From: Vermamoeba vermiformis
Lineage: Eukaryota
DNA length: 64,000 nt
Reading direction: 5' to 3'
Assembly (NCBI GenBank): GCA_045837725.1
Contig: JBEWZL010000077.1
Span: 372,001 to 436,000, forward strand
The position numbers and the translations under genes were made by a program. Of the stretch, positions 36,808 through 52,400 are shown in pieces. The notes under the pieces are model-generated. The model worked only from the letters and a program-made list of their open reading frames with translations, searched no databases and was not told where the DNA came from. Within the stretch, counting starts at the first letter, position 1; each line of letters starts with the position of its first letter.

Positions 36808-37848
36808 CTACAAATTGCGTTGGAACAAGTCAAAAATAAGCTTGAAGCAAACGTCAGTCAAAGCAGGAGCATAGCGACCGCTCGGATCCTCATCCTGAAA
36901 CAGAAATTAATACGACCAATTATATAACAGATTATACTTACGGTCATAAAGGAGTGATCACCATTGACCTCGTGGAAGCTGTAATTAGCAGTAGAGTTTT
37001 GAAGAGCCGTGTACAACTTCATTCGACCATCCTTGGGCACGTGCGGATCTTGTCGACCAACCACAACGATTAACTCGCCTTTGATATCATTTAATCTGTT
37101 GATAGTGTCAGCGGGCTCCGTTCCGAGTGTGCCACTGTGCACGTCAGTAGGATAGAAGCTAGCACTAGCGACTACATTCGGGTTCAAAGCAGCGCGGAAC
37201 ACGAGATGTCCACCAATGCCTTCACACATCAAATTAGAATTTCATTCGTTCGGTATATAAAACTTACAGAAGCCGACGGAGCCAACACGTCCGTTACAAG
37301 CAGGATGAGTTTTCAATGCCTGCACGAGTACCTCACAGTCGTTATCGAAGGTTGACATGGGTGTCAATTTCTTCAAGTCGTTGCCTTTAGTCTTGCCTTC
37401 GGGATCAGTGCCCAATACTGTACCGGCGGGCAAGTCTGAGTGATAGATCTCGGGAACCATTACAACATAACCTTTAATAGTGATCAGAAAATTTTTTGTT
37501 TGACAGATCGAAAGTAAGGATTCGTAAATTGTCAATTATAACTTCAAATACTTTAAAATTAAATCTTTACCATGACCCGCGATGAAAGAGGCAGTTCTTT
37601 GGACGGGAGGAGTGTGTTGAAAGATTGCTGAATACAAAATGACGCCGCCTTATTCAGAAAATTAGATTAATATCTCCAAACATAGTAGAGTATAATGGAC
37701 TATTATTGTATATGACTTCTAGAATATTCTAAATTTTACCATATTTTTTCTCTTGGTGCGGGGCGATTTTGTGCTTTGGTTGGTAAATGTAAGTTCTCAT
37801 AACACCAGTAGGTGTTTGTAAATCTTTGTAGCTTGTTTCTACGTTCAT
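36808..37848 (-). CDS. Dienelactone hydrolase family protein
   Basis: MNVETSYKDLQTPTGVMRTY, GYVVMVPEIYH, nucleophile elbow GSVGFC|IGG split by an intron, GRQDPHVP, H in GDHSFM. Confidence 0.88.
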
Positions 37849-37953
37849 TTTAAAATTGAAGCAAGGATCTGTGTTGTACAGGGTGGATCAAAAATTGCAA
37901 TGACTGGGTTCAAGAGACACGGATCTGAAATCTCGTAACCAAATTAACCGAGT

Positions 37954-39591
<1,638 letters not shown>

Positions 39592-39616
39592 GTTGTGTTT
39601 CGTTCAAGAAAGTTAT

Positions 39617-41867
39617 CTATTTGCTAGCAATTTTTGCTTGGGCTCGAACTTCTAACACTCCTTTCAATTCTTGAATAATAGCTAACTTCTCTAACATCGC
39701 GGCTTGGCGTTGGGCTTGCTGTTTGTGCAAGGTTAGTCAGATGTCAAACAAACTGGAATCCGGATGTCATCCAACTCGTACCTGTTCTCGTCTTCGTTTC
39801 ATCTCTAATATTCGTTCCTCGCGACTCTTTAGTCTTCTTTCTGTCTCATCTTCTTCAGCTTCACCTCCAGTAACGCCTTCATAGACTTTTTCAACTTGAT
39901 CTTGTTCCTTTTCCTCAGATCTTTCCAAAGCAACAATAGTCGGCTCATACTCCAACTCTATAAACAATCGAATTAATATATATACGCTATTCATATACTA
40001 TTTAATCATACCAGCTGAAGAAGTGGGAATCTGTTGCGCATCTCGTTGTTTGGGATCGCGATCTTTGTTCATTTTGTCGATGAGCTTAATTAATAAGCCA
40101 TTACTAGACTCCCAGTTCTTAATCGACTCTTCTAAGTCACTCTTAATTTGACTGAAGTGCTTCAAAAGCTCGTTCAATTCATTTCGTAAGTCCGTGTTGG
40201 ATCGCGTGTTGTCAGCGTCTTCAGTCTGGCTCTCCACATTATAAAGACTTAAATCTTGTTTGCATAGGTTAATCCTGGCGATTACTGATTGGAGTTGCGT
40301 TTGCAAGTTGTTGATACTCAACACGAACTGATTTTCAAGCGTCTCTTTGTGCTTCTTGACTTGAGGTAAGTTGAGCTCATCTGCAACAACGAGTTAGCTC
40401 TCAAGGGTATTAATATCGTATATATTACTTACTACTGACATATAGCTCCTTTTGCAAAGCCTTATCAATCTCATTTCGCTCAGCTTTCAATGAATCGGAG
40501 ATGTTTGTCACGTGTAACAAAAAATCTCGTGCACGGAGTGGCTCATATTCTATTCGTTATTAGCTCGGCAACGATTTACTGCTAGATCTTATTACTTACT
40601 GCAAACAGTAATAAACGACTCCAGGAAGTGTGTTCGCATCGTGTGAATTCTCGACCGGATGTGCTTCAAGTACGCGAGCGAATTGCCGTCCTCATCCACA
40701 TTTTCCAATTCTACAGTGATACTACTCAAATTTAGTCTCATTTACTATATTAATATTGCTTACTTTAATGAATCCACTGTGTTTTTGTACTCCGTGCCCA
40801 ATCGCAAAAGTGACTGTGCGAGCTGTTTGCGCAGCATTTGACACTTGCGCTGTTTCGCGTTTTGCTCTAATCTCGTTATTGGAGATAAAGGGTAAGACCT
40901 AATGTATAATTAGGCATATAGTATGGTTGTAATATTACGTACAGTTTATAACCACGTGACACGAGCTCCACCTCCGCGATAGTGATGATAACTTTTTTAA
41001 CGAGCTTATCGAACTTGATTGAATTATCTGAATAAAATTAATAAATTTTACAATTTATTTAAGTAACTTACCGATAAATTCTTCAATGTGACCGAGTTTT
41101 TGCTTGTGATCCGTAAGATTTTCCTTTTGTAACAGCCAAATGCGATATCGTGCGTACAATGCTATTGTAAAATATACAAAGAATAGAAATGAAATTGATG
41201 GCAGCACTCGTTTGACCATGAACACGAGTAAAATGAATAGGGCGGCAATATTTTTCATTATATGCGGCCTGCATCAATAATATTAGCCTGTGGATATTAA
41301 ACAATCTATTATATATAACTTACGATACAGTATATGAGGTAGATGAATATTGGTTGAAGGGTGTAATTGGATTTGGTTGCGTGTCACTAGTTACTTCGGC
41401 ATCTAACTTATCCGCATCAATAAGACTCGAATTCAGTATTAATTCAGCATATTTTGGTGCTTTAATTCGCTCTTCAGAAGCGAGGCTTTCATAAATCTCC
41501 GGCTCCAGGTGCTTGAAAAACATCAATTTTGGATCTTCTTTCTATTCACACAAAAATTAACTCTAATATTTTTAATAATTATAATGCATCCTATTTCTTT
41601 ACCTTTTGACTATTATCGATTTTTTGAACCGGTTCTTGAATTTTAATTTCTGGATCTTTTTGGTCTGAGGCTGACAACTCGTTCCATGCTTTATTTATCT
41701 CATCATTTAAGCTCGAAGACGTTACTGTGCTATTGTGAACCATATTTTCTTGCTCAAGCTCTAAGCATTACTGTCAAACACGATTCTGGATGTAGATATC
41801 GTACAAGCTTACCCTGCAAATAGCGGGCCATCGGCGAGTCATCGAATATGACTTCTTCAGTTGCCAT
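39617..41867 (-). CDS. VEZT: Vezatin-like membrane protein
   Basis: N-terminal MATEEVIFDDSPMARYLQ, two hydrophobic helices (41055-41258 ORF), IAEVELVSRGYKL, C-terminal SREERILEMKRRREQ...IIQELKGVL. These resemble vezatin-family motifs. Confidence 0.75.
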
Positions 41868-42438
41868 TATTATTGTGACACATTAATACCCATTTGTGGT
41901 AGCAGTGGAACGGACAAAAAATTCTGCTCAGTGTAATTGACACGAAGCACCCTAAAACCATCCGACCAGTGACAACAACTACCATCAATTGTTTCATAAA
42001 TATAAATAGAATCGCTGGAAAGCCTGCTATTTCGTAGGTAACTGTTTGAAAGTGGAGAACGCTTATGAATATTCATCCTGTAACTACTTTTCAGAGCTAG
42101 CAGGAGAACTACTGATACGCGAGGATGTATATGAGAATAACGCTAAGATAAGAAAATATATGCGATTTTAATTATACGAGCTCTTGTTGCATCGCCGAGG
42201 TTTACCATTTTGTAAAGGGAAGGTACGACCTACGGTACTGTACTTTGTTTTTTTCTTTGTACTTTCTTATAGGATTTTGGAAGAGTACAATGTTAAATAC
42301 GATAATGTACTTGTAATTCTTTGTTGGTATCTTACGACCACAAATATTCAAATGTTGCTTTACCAGGGGGACAACACTCGTTGCGCTTCTTTTTCATACC
42401 GACCGTAATGAATATATCATTTACCTTACATTGGAGTC

Positions 42439-43394
42439 TTACTTGAACTGTTCTACACTGTCATCGTGGATTTTTCTGAAGTGTGGCAGATGCACTACTT
42501 TGACGGGCTTTTGTACAGCTTGACAATGAGACTCGGGCTTCTTCGTTAGTGATTTGCAAATAGGACACACCTCCGTTCTATTGTTACGTCCGTTGTCATC
42601 CCACTCAATTGTCTCGCCGTATTTCAAACTGCAATCTGAGCACTTGCAAGTGTATTTTGTAAACACGTGGATATTTGCTGCAACCGAAATTTAAATTAAT
42701 ACGTGCCGTTACAATAATATTATAGTATTATGATAACTTAATAGACTTACTGTGATCGGTGTAGGACTCCGGACGAGATTTCATTCCTGCTACTTTTTTG
42801 TTGCATAACGGGCAGATCCAACATCGCGTTGCATAATTTACGAGCAAATAATCGTTATAATACACCTCTAGCATTCTGTTTCAAAGAGAGCATTAGATCT
42901 GAGCTCATTTTAACATGCATGAAATTTTGTTTTTACCTTCCCATGGTTCCTACGAGTCGATAATAATCTTCTTCGATTGATTTTAATTTTGGAATGAAGT
43001 TTGGCCACATTTCCATTGCCTCTTCTTCAATGAAGCGAAGAATAATCGCGTAAAATTCTTTCGAAACGGATGCGACGAGTGCTTCAGCTCTACTTGACAA
43101 ATCCAACCAATATAGAATATTTGTCCATATTTCTACCGGTAGGTCGATAAGAACTAAGTAGAAAACATCAGCAAGGCTGAACCAAGTTTAAGCAAAAAAT
43201 AAAGAATATAATTATTATTATATTTACAACGCTCGGGTTAAAATGTCGATCAACCGTGAATAAAATAATTTTGATTTACAGAAAATTTTTTTAATTGAGT
43301 TTGAAACGGATTTGAGATTAGGTCACAAAAGAATCTTACCTGCCTTGCGTTTCTTGCAATCTTGCTCACTTTCGAAGTCCGGTTTGCGCTTCAT
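42439..43394 (-). CDS. F-box-like protein with Cys-rich C-terminal region (3' end uncertain, may extend to ~41870)
   Basis: MKRKPDFESEQDCKKRKA|gtaag, then LIDLPVEIWTNILYWLD...VASVSKEFY (F-box pattern); CxxC pairs downstream. Confidence 0.6.
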
Positions 43395-43477
43395 TGTGGA
43401 TTGTCGATAGTTAAACAACCATTTGTGGTGTTATTCAAGTGCTAAAGAAAGAAAAAACACACTTCAAGATCTTGCCG

Positions 43478-44474
43478 TCAATTTATTTCTTTGTCTTCTT
43501 TTTTAGCGTTGAATTTTCCGTAAATATGATCACCTACTGCTATTACTGCAATAGTTACAATTCCGCGAACAAAAGCCAATTCGGCTCCACCGAAAAAACC
43601 GACCAATCCTTCGTGCTTAAAAATTGATCTGGCAGCCTTAATTCCAGTTATATCCAATCCATTAGATACCATTGCATGATTTCTTATAGTATCGCCTGGA
43701 TAGATCAATTGGCTGACACCAAGAAACGTAAGGCTGCTGAGCCAAAATCCTCCCTTGGTACCAAGTTGTTCCTTCAAGAAGTCGTATATCACCACGTATA
43801 GTCCTTTGTGTATAGTAGCACTGACTATGCATGGTATTATGCCATTAAAGCTGGATAAAAAGTTGATCGGAGATGCGAACAGATCTTTAACCACTGAAAG
43901 AGTCGTAACTGGATTGATAGCACTAGGAATTGATCCACTAATGCGTGTGCTTATTGTGTTAAGTGGAGCTGTTAAAATATAAGCTAAAGATGTCGCCAAA
44001 GTTCCAACGAGATGTGTCTTGATCTGTTTTTTGGCGGGGCTGTCTTTTCTAGGCTTAATTTTGAATATATTGAGGTTGCTAAGTGTAATTCTAATATTTT
44101 TCAATAGCAGTTGAAACGGGAAGCCTCGTATAACTTCTAATAAGCCGCCTTTAAAAAATGACACGTATCCTTCTTTGTTAATTACATCTTTAGCCCACTC
44201 CAAGTTGGATGATTTTCTTGATATTCTATTTGTGAGCAAGTATTGGCCCTGATAATAATTTAGTGAGTTCACGTCAAGAAAAAAATCGGATGCAAGCAAA
44301 AAACAATTTTAAAAATCATTGCAGCACTTTGCCAATAACTCGTAATAGGCACAGTATGATTAATTGTTTTGTAAGAAAAATATTAAAAATTACCTGGACT
44401 TGGCGCAGCATTCGGATCCGTTCCAGCGGACAAGTCACGACTTTATTGATAGACGAAATCGCCAACGAATACAT
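43478..44474 (-). CDS. Divergent mitochondrial carrier family (SLC25) protein, ADP/ATP-carrier-like N-terminus
   Basis: Three carrier repeats: CPLERIRMLRQVQ..EGYVSFFKG; APLNTISTR; YPGDTIRNHAM..EGLVGFFGG. Confidence 0.75.
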
Positions 44475-44639
44475 CTACAGTGTTCTATGCTACTATCGAT
44501 GAGTGTATAAATATAGACAATTAGTCGCCAATAACAATGCAACTAACTGTGGTGGTTTTTCTGTCTTCTCTAAAAATAGAAAGTCAATTCAAACTCAATC
44601 ACAAACACTAAGCAATAGTAATACCACAATTTAACCCTA

Positions 44640-45093
44640 ATGAACTATCCTTACGAGGCAGTATTCAAAGCCCAAGGCAAGACCCGCAATGCGAAGGACG
44701 GCAATCACGCCATTTTAAACGAACTTACAATTGAGCTTCGTAACGGAAAAATTAATGCTGAAGGCTTCTATAATGAAGGTGGAATTCGAAAACCAACCAG
44801 GTACGCTCTTAAATGCTAAAATTGATTAAATTTTGATTTTTGAACGGTAATTTAATTTCCGAAGAGCTTCAGTATTAACGTTGGGGGGCATTGATTGATC
44901 ATTTTAATATAGATGGACCGGCACTATAGACAACAGAAATAATGTGGTCTTTACCGAGATCTACAATGGCGACACGGCCAGTCCTTATCTTTACAATGGT
45001 GTCCTCGATTTGGACTCTCGTATTCTATGGGGTACTTATGTACATCCAAGAACTGGCAACTTAGGCACTTTTAAGTTCGATCTCCAACTTTAG
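44640..45093 (+). CDS. Small beta-rich protein (113 aa), paralog 1 of a tandem pair; absent from the ORF track
   Basis: Exons 44640-44800 and 44913-45093: MNYPYEAVFKAQGKTRNAKDGNHAILN...GGIRKPTR|WTGTIDN..VVFTEIYNG..PYLYNG..LWGTY..NLGTFKF. Confidence 0.85.
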
Positions 45094-45300
45094 CGAAATT
45101 GAATCAGCAATAAATCTTAGCGTTGATTGCAGGATAAAAATAGGATCGTCGCATTAATGCAAAGACCCGCACTCGATTTCTCTTTCGAAGAATGGCCACA
45201 AATATCGTTCGGATGTTTTTTTGGTCTTTGAAAAGTACTCAAATATCGTTCGAACTAAGTGCATTTTTCATTACGTACAAGACACAACAACTCAATTACA

Positions 45301-45801
45301 ATGTCTTACGAAGGCGCTTTTCAAGTTAGCGGCAGAACTCGCAACGCCTATGATGGCAACCACGCGACTTTGAATTACATGGTCATCAACGTTCAAAAGG
45401 GAAAGCTCGTTGGTGCCGGTGTGTACGAAGAAGGTGGTGTTAAAAAGTCGACCAGGTACGTTCAAACAAACTCTGTTTCAATTTAATTTTAAATTTAATT
45501 TTTCAATTAATTTGAAAGACTAGATCAGCTCAAAAAAACATGGAAATCAATAATATCATATCTTTTACAATATTACGCATAATATTAATATTTGAAAATT
45601 TTCAGATGGACCGGAACCGTTGACTCAAAAGGTTACGTAGTCTTTGAGGAGATCTACAACGGCGAGGACGCTTATCCTTACATATATAACGGCTACATTG
45701 ATGGCGAGACCCTTTGGGGCACTTATCGTTACACTAAGCACAACAACTTGGGCACGTTCAGCTTCGCATTGACCAGTGCTTACTCTGTTAATAATTTGTA
45801 A
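45301..45801 (+). CDS. Small beta-rich protein, paralog 2
   Basis: Exons 45301-45455 and 45606-45801, with the same phase-2 intron position: MSYEGAFQVSGRTRNAYDGNHATLN...GGVKKSTR|WTGTVD..VVFEEIYNG..PYIYNG..LWGTY..NLGTFSF. Confidence 0.85.
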
Positions 45802-46127
45802 GGCTTTAAGTACCAAATTTCATTTGCCTAATTTGTATTTATATTTGATATAATAAACCTTAACGAACCACAAATTCTTTTTTCTGTCGGATTGAGTTAG
45901 CAAATCTAACGGGAGGAATGTTCCTCAGACAACAATAAGAGTATCTTCATCTACTTGAATGTTATCTATCTATGCCGGGTCTTTCAGTTATTCCGTTTCA
46001 ATTTTGCGCGAATTGGACCTTGCTGAAACGATTTTCTCTGTGAATTTTCGAAATCGTGGATATTTTTTACTTTTTGAAAGAATTTACCATCATTGTATAA
46101 TAAGAAGAAGTAGACGTGTAGCCACAA

Positions 46128-46401
46128 ATGAGCAAGTACCCTCAAGACACTCGGATTCAAATTGTTGGATGCCAGATGGAAGGTTGTACCCTTCAAGGAG
46201 TAGCGAAGTGCCATAAATGCAACAAGGTGATATGTTTCAATCACACACGCGACGCAAGGTTGGCTTTCAGGCTGTTGGGACGCACAACAAGCGCAGATGT
46301 GTCCCGAATGCGGCTCAACAAATTACGCTATGATTATAGGTCTCACAATTGTAGTCGTAGTAATAGCGTCAATTGCAATTATTGTAATGAGCAGCCAATA
46401 A
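46128..46401 (+). pseudogene. Small zinc-finger, tail-anchored membrane protein with a frameshift near a CA repeat
   Basis: Frame 1 gives CQMEGC..CHKCNKVICFNH. The +1 frame from 46246 gives HATQGWLSGCWD..MCPECGSTNYAMIIGLTIVVVVIASIAIIVMSSQ*. Confidence 0.55.
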
Positions 46402-46529
46402 ATTAACCAATCAATTGATTTCTTCGTACACATCTGGAACGTAATGTAATTAGTAAAACAACAATTTAAATCGCATTTTAACTTTCTATCTACAAGAATA
46501 TACAACTAATCTAATAATACACTACTCGC

Positions 46530-47486
46530 TCATTTGCGTCGCAAAACAGGGTTAGCGACTGCCTTTGGTCGATAAGGCATGCGCGAAACAAATCTGAACC
46601 ATTGCGGTTCAACATCCGACTTTTGATAGACGACCAACCGACCACCAATCTCGCTCACGAGATGTGCTGGTGTCTTATTACCTTTTTGCATTTTTTCGAG
46701 TTTTTGAGGGTTGCATTGAAAATTGACGTAGTAATAGAAGTCTCGCGCGCACTTATGTTTCTTCAGATCTGCCTTAGTCCATACATCATTGAATTGGCCG
46801 TTGTATGTTCTAACCTCTATAGCCACAGAAGCTGTAGTACCAGATGTTAAACGAAGACATAAATCCTGCAAGAATTGACGCTGAACGACGTGGATGTAGT
46901 GCCTCTTGACCGCTTCTTTAAAATTTAACTGGCTGACCAAATTCTTGTCGCGTAAATTCAGCTCGTCATTAGGCTTCAATGGGGTGCCATTAACAGTCAA
47001 TTTCTCGCCCTTAAACGCAGCGAGAAGGATCCGAGCCACACTACTCGCTTGGTCTGGAAGCAAAGCACTATCGCCAAGAAAAGTTAATGGTTCGTCCACG
47101 TAATTTTCTGCTATTTTCTCGCACATTTGAGCCCAAAGGAAATTGTTCTATGGACAAATGTCAGTTGCGCCAAAAAGATTCTTGATTTATTCTGGATCTT
47201 GCTTACCGAGCCGAAAAGTTGATTGAACGTACGACATAACATAGTCAAATGTGTATAGTCTGCCACAGTAAGGTGCTTAAGCACAACTAAGAACGTATCT
47301 TCGTTAAATAAGCCCAATGGCGAGTTGCCAACAAAGCTCGAGCTAAAATTTGAAATTAGTATCATTATAAATAGGAAATATTAGCATTAATTTTTGCACA
47401 AAGAGAAAACTACTTCAATTAAACGTGTCAGAATCTTTAAAGTAAATCTGGGTTCGTACTTACAATTGCTGTTGTACGTTACCCAT
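46530..47486 (-). CDS. F-box-like protein, possible N-myristoylation (MGN)
   Basis: MGNVQQQL|gtaag; LGLFNEDTFLVVLKHLTVADYTHLTMLCRTFNQL|NNFLW; 198-aa last exon. Confidence 0.6.
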
Positions 47487-48052
47487 GTTGATTTGATAAA
47501 TACTGCTGAAGAGATCACAATTTCTAGGAAGGTGATGAGGTATCAAGTTTGAATGAGAAATGAGAACGCAGATTTTTGGTTTTTAACTTGCAATTCGTAA
47601 ATTTTTGCTGCTGACAACTACCCACACCAGTATTCAATGAAAATATTGAACAGATAATGTACTTTCTTATTTATGGCACCATGAATATCATCACAGCTCG
47701 TTCGCCGATGTCAACCAAGATCAAATCTGTTTTTGACACGATCCAAAGACATAAGTATAAACTGACTATCTCAGGTTATTTAGCGTAAGTCCTTATTAGT
47801 AATTTAGCAAGCTTGCAATAGACTAGCAATTGACTAAATTTCAAATTGGGTTTTGATTAATCTGTACAATAAGCCACGTTTGCGAGTTACGTATTGTTGT
47901 TTGGTTTATAAATTTCGAATTTATGTCAATTATTGTGGTAAAATTTGCGCAGAGTTGATTCTAGAATGAACTCACGGGATTGATACTCCGTTTTTCCTTG
48001 GCTCACAAAGTTTCATTGCTATCATTAGTTAAAATTATTGCTTACAAGCACA

Positions 48053-49244
48053 ATGTCTCAACAAAAAGTCGAATTATTTTCACCAAAGTTCTACGGGCTA
48101 TGCGCTGCCGGTGGAATGATGGCCTGCGGTCTCACCCACACGGCCATCGTAACTTTGGACGTTCTGAAAGTTCGAAAACAAGTATGTTAATATTATTCAA
48201 GGTACAGTTGCTTCGAAGATTACCAAAATTTTGACTTTTCTGACAGATCGGCCTTCAAACTTCCGTTCGAGAAATTATAGCAAAAGAAGGAGCGCGCGGA
48301 TTGGTTCTTGGATGGGCCCCTACTTTAATAGGATATTCAGCGCAAGGTCTATTCAAATACGGTTTTTACGAGGTAAAATTGAAATTTAAATTGCCGGATG
48401 CGTTTTTCGCAAACTGATGCTCAGCTTATAGTACTTCAAAAAAACTTACGCCGACATGGCTGGTGAAGAAAATGCCAAGAAGTACAAGGATCTCTTATAC
48501 CTATCGGCTTCTGCAAGTGCTGAAGTGTTAGCTGATATCGCTTTATGCCCGTGGGAGGCAGTCAAAGTCCGGATCCAAACCGACGACCCAAGAAACAGAA
48601 AATTCCCTACAACATTAAGGTATATTAGTGCCCGCCACTCCGATCAATTCCATAACTTTGATCGGCTTATCTCTAATTAACGTACTGAAATTTCTTGGCA
48701 TCTAGGGAGGGTCTTCCAACGATCATCAAAAACGAAGGCACAGCTGGTCTATTCAAAGGTCTCGTGCCTTTATGGTCACGCCAAATTCCGTACACTATGA
48801 TGAAGTTCTGGGCCTTCGAACGAACCGTTCAAGCGCTCTACAGTTACGTGATCCCGAAGCCAAAGGTAAATTTCGAACAACGGGATCCGTTGGTGAGCTC
48901 TGCTCTGACAAATTTTCTTATAGAGTGAATGCTCTAAGCTCGAACAATTGGGCGTTTCATTTGTCGGTGGCTACATCGCTGGTATTTTCTGCGCAGCCGT
49001 GTCACATCCAGCTGACTCTGTCGTATCGAAAATGAATCAAGGCGCTACTAGACCATCAGTGAAACAAATATTGAAAGAGCTCGGTCCTCGAGGTATTTGG
49101 AACGGATTTGGCTTGAGAGTGGTGATGGTTGGCACACTGACCGGTTTGCAGTGGTTGATCTATGACACTTTCAAAGTCTACGCTGGTTTGCCGACGACTG
49201 GTGCTGCGCCAGCGGACGAAAAGAAGCCAAACAGCTCGCACTAA
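48053..49244 (+). CDS. MIR1: Mitochondrial phosphate carrier
   Basis: [89 protein letters not shown]. Confidence 0.92.
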
Positions 49245-49403
49245 ACTTTAATTAGTCTTTGTATGTATAAGGTTTTAAATATCCATAAACTCACTTGTCG
49301 CTCAGAACGATCTTCTTTTTTGAAGTTTGGTAGTGGTCATGGATCTTACAGGCAAAGTTGGGATTGCCATAATAATCCATCTATTTCATAATGACGGTAG
49401 CGC

Positions 49404-52400
49404 TTAAAGCTTCAATTGAGCGAAAAATGGTCGCAGTAGATCCGCGACATCCGGGCAACTGAATTCTGAACAGACGAACTCGAACTTCCTCGCAGGGTAA
49501 AGCAGGTTCTCTAACTCTGCAAATGATAGCGATGTGAATAGCGGGTGTAACTCTTCTAGGTAATTATGATCGCTCTTCTTCAATTCTGCTTGCCATTCAC
49601 TGAACGGCACCACTTGCCACTCACATCCGCTGAACGACTTGAACATTTCGAAGAGCTCGTTGACTGCAATATGCTTTTGATTGGCAAGATGATATATCTT
49701 CTTATTATTGGCCCTAAGAGACAACGATACGATTGCCTTGCTGACGTAATCAACGGGTGTAATGTCTGTTTGACACGTGTCAAAGTCTGGTCGAAGTTTC
49801 ATAGCCGCACATTGACGCAACAACCTCGCCAGCCAATCGCTAGCAAAATCACCAGTAGTGCTATGACTAGCTACTAGGCCAGGCCTATATATCACCGCCT
49901 AAGTTCAACGACATCAATCGACATTCTTGCCTCGCACTAGTATTATGTACTTACCTCGAGACCTTGTTTCATTGCCGCTTCAACAACGCGTTCTGCAACC
50001 CACTTTGACGCGGCGTATCCTCCGTAGATTTCCGTCGCTGTGTTTTCCGTGACCAAATCTGTTTCGTGAATAACTCGCTTGCTAGTATTCGTTGACGTGA
50101 AGACTGATAACGTTGAAATATAGTGTAATCGCTTAAGCTTGCCATTGGTGCAAAAATCAATAACATTTCTTGTTCCTTCGACATTTGTCTTCTTTAGTAC
50201 GTCGTACGGAAGTATGACATTGACATTTCCTGCGCAATGATAAACAGAGTCAATCTCGTTTAGGAGATTATTATAATCTGACAGAATATTAGCAATGATA
50301 TCAGCACATGTCTTTCAATGTTCTATTACCTTCTTGTGACATGCCCATATTTGGAAGGGCCACATCACCAATAACAACATTGAAGTTGTCGCTTCCAATC
50401 TTTGCACTAATTTTCGCCTTGGCATCCCTTGAACGAACTAAGCACGTGATAACGGCACCAATAGATGACGTTTGATCTATTAGATCTCGTAGTAGATAAG
50501 AGCCTAAGTAGCCAGTCGCTCCTGTAAGTAAAATATTTTTGACTCTAGGGCTTGTGTTTTGACCAATAGTGCCAAGTTGTATATGACAGTCGTTCAATAA
50601 ATCTTTGACTAATATAGACAAGGTCTGTGCTTGAGTATTAACCTTGTTAATTAAATCTCCAATCGTCTTATTGGTCAGAATATCGCTCAGTGAAAGTTCG
50701 ATGCCTTGCTGCTTGGCCTTTTGAATCAGTTGTACGATGGTAATAGAATTGATTCCCAAATCGAATAAACTATCTTCTTCATTGACTTCAGTATGAACTA
50801 TTTCCGCTATTATTTTTTTCAGAACTTCTTTACGGGACGAAAAAGTGGTACTTTTCTCCTCTGCCTTGCGTTGCTTGTAGATTTCTTTCAGTTTCTTCCG
50901 ATCAATCTTTTCATTGTTGTTTCTTGATAGCTCGTCTAATACTATGAACTCGCTAGGCACCATGTAATGAGGAACTTTTGAGGCCAAGTACTCCTTAGTA
51001 TCTTTTTCACTGAAAACGTGGTGCTGTTCGACTACAATAAACGCGACCAAGTGACTATTTTCTCCTTCATCGGATAAAATAACCTTCGCTTGTTTGATAG
51101 ATGGATAATGTAACAGCTGATTTTCAATCTCTTGCAGCTCGATCCGTTGACCACGTAATTTCACTTGGTCGTCAACTCGCCCAAGAAACTGCGTGCTATT
51201 AGACACTATATAAATAGACTCTAAGGACTTACCAAGATATCGCCGTCGCTTTTTCTAGCCACTCTGTCTCCAGTTTTGTACATTAATTTACCGTTGTGAC
51301 GGATGAACTTGGCAGCTGTCAGTACCTCATCACGGAAGTATCCGCGAGCCACGCCAGGTCCGATGATATACAGCTCGCCGTCGTCTATCTCGTTCATATT
51401 CTCATCGAGCACTAGCAGCTCTGTGTTCGGGATTGGCTTGCCGATAGATGTTGATTCGAAGTCGCCTTCTGGTTCGTAGATCTGCATTGACGTGCAAACA
51501 GTAGCTTCAGTAGGTCCATAAACGTTAACTAATCGAACCTATATGATGTCAGAAGGACTATCATGAATGTCAAATCAACGTACTTTCTTGCGCCATCGGT
51601 CAATTTCTTTCGCTGAACAGACCTCACCGCCAATAATAACAGTCTTCAAACAAGTTGGCGTAGGTTCCATTGGCAGAAAAGGCAAGAAGGCAGGAGGAAG
51701 GCAAGCCACGTTGAAATTTCGTCGTTCGATGATTGGAAATATCTTCGAGGCCAGTGCTTTATCAGCGTACTCTTCCATCGATAAAAAGCATAGCTGAGCA
51801 CCAGACAACAGCGCCACAAACATTTCAGAGATTGAGGCATCAAAACAAATCGGCAAAAACTGAAGTAAACGACATTGAGGGGGCACGTTAAATGCCTCTA
51901 TTTGAGCCCTTATAAAGTTACATATACCACGGTGCTCTACTGCCACACCCTTAGGTTCGCCAGTGCTCCCTGAGGTATAAATAATATACCTATAAATAGT
52001 CAATATTAACCCTTCACAAGACCACCAGCTTACGCTAAAGAATCGAGTGGCAAAGATCCGAGTTGCATTTGGTTCTCCGAGACTAACGAATCGTTAAATG
52101 CCTCCATGATAGTATCGATATATATTGGCCGGCATTGAAGGTCTTGCACGATAGACTGCAACTTCTCGGCTATGAAACAGAGAATAAGAAACTTGAGTTC
52201 GGATCTTACTGACTTACCATACTCTCGACAGGTAATTATGTAAGGTGCTCGCGTATGCTTGCAAATAAAATTAAGTCGCTCGTGTGGGTGATTAACATCC
52301 AAGGGCACGTAAGCTAAACGCGTTGCCATGACACCCAGCATTGAGATCACGAGCTGCAGGCCACGAGGAAGCAAAACGACTATTGGCGTTTCATAAGAAA

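Noticed and set aside
47681-47790. Short ATG-initiated frame ending at a GTAAGT donor
   Set aside because: No convincing downstream exon or homology.
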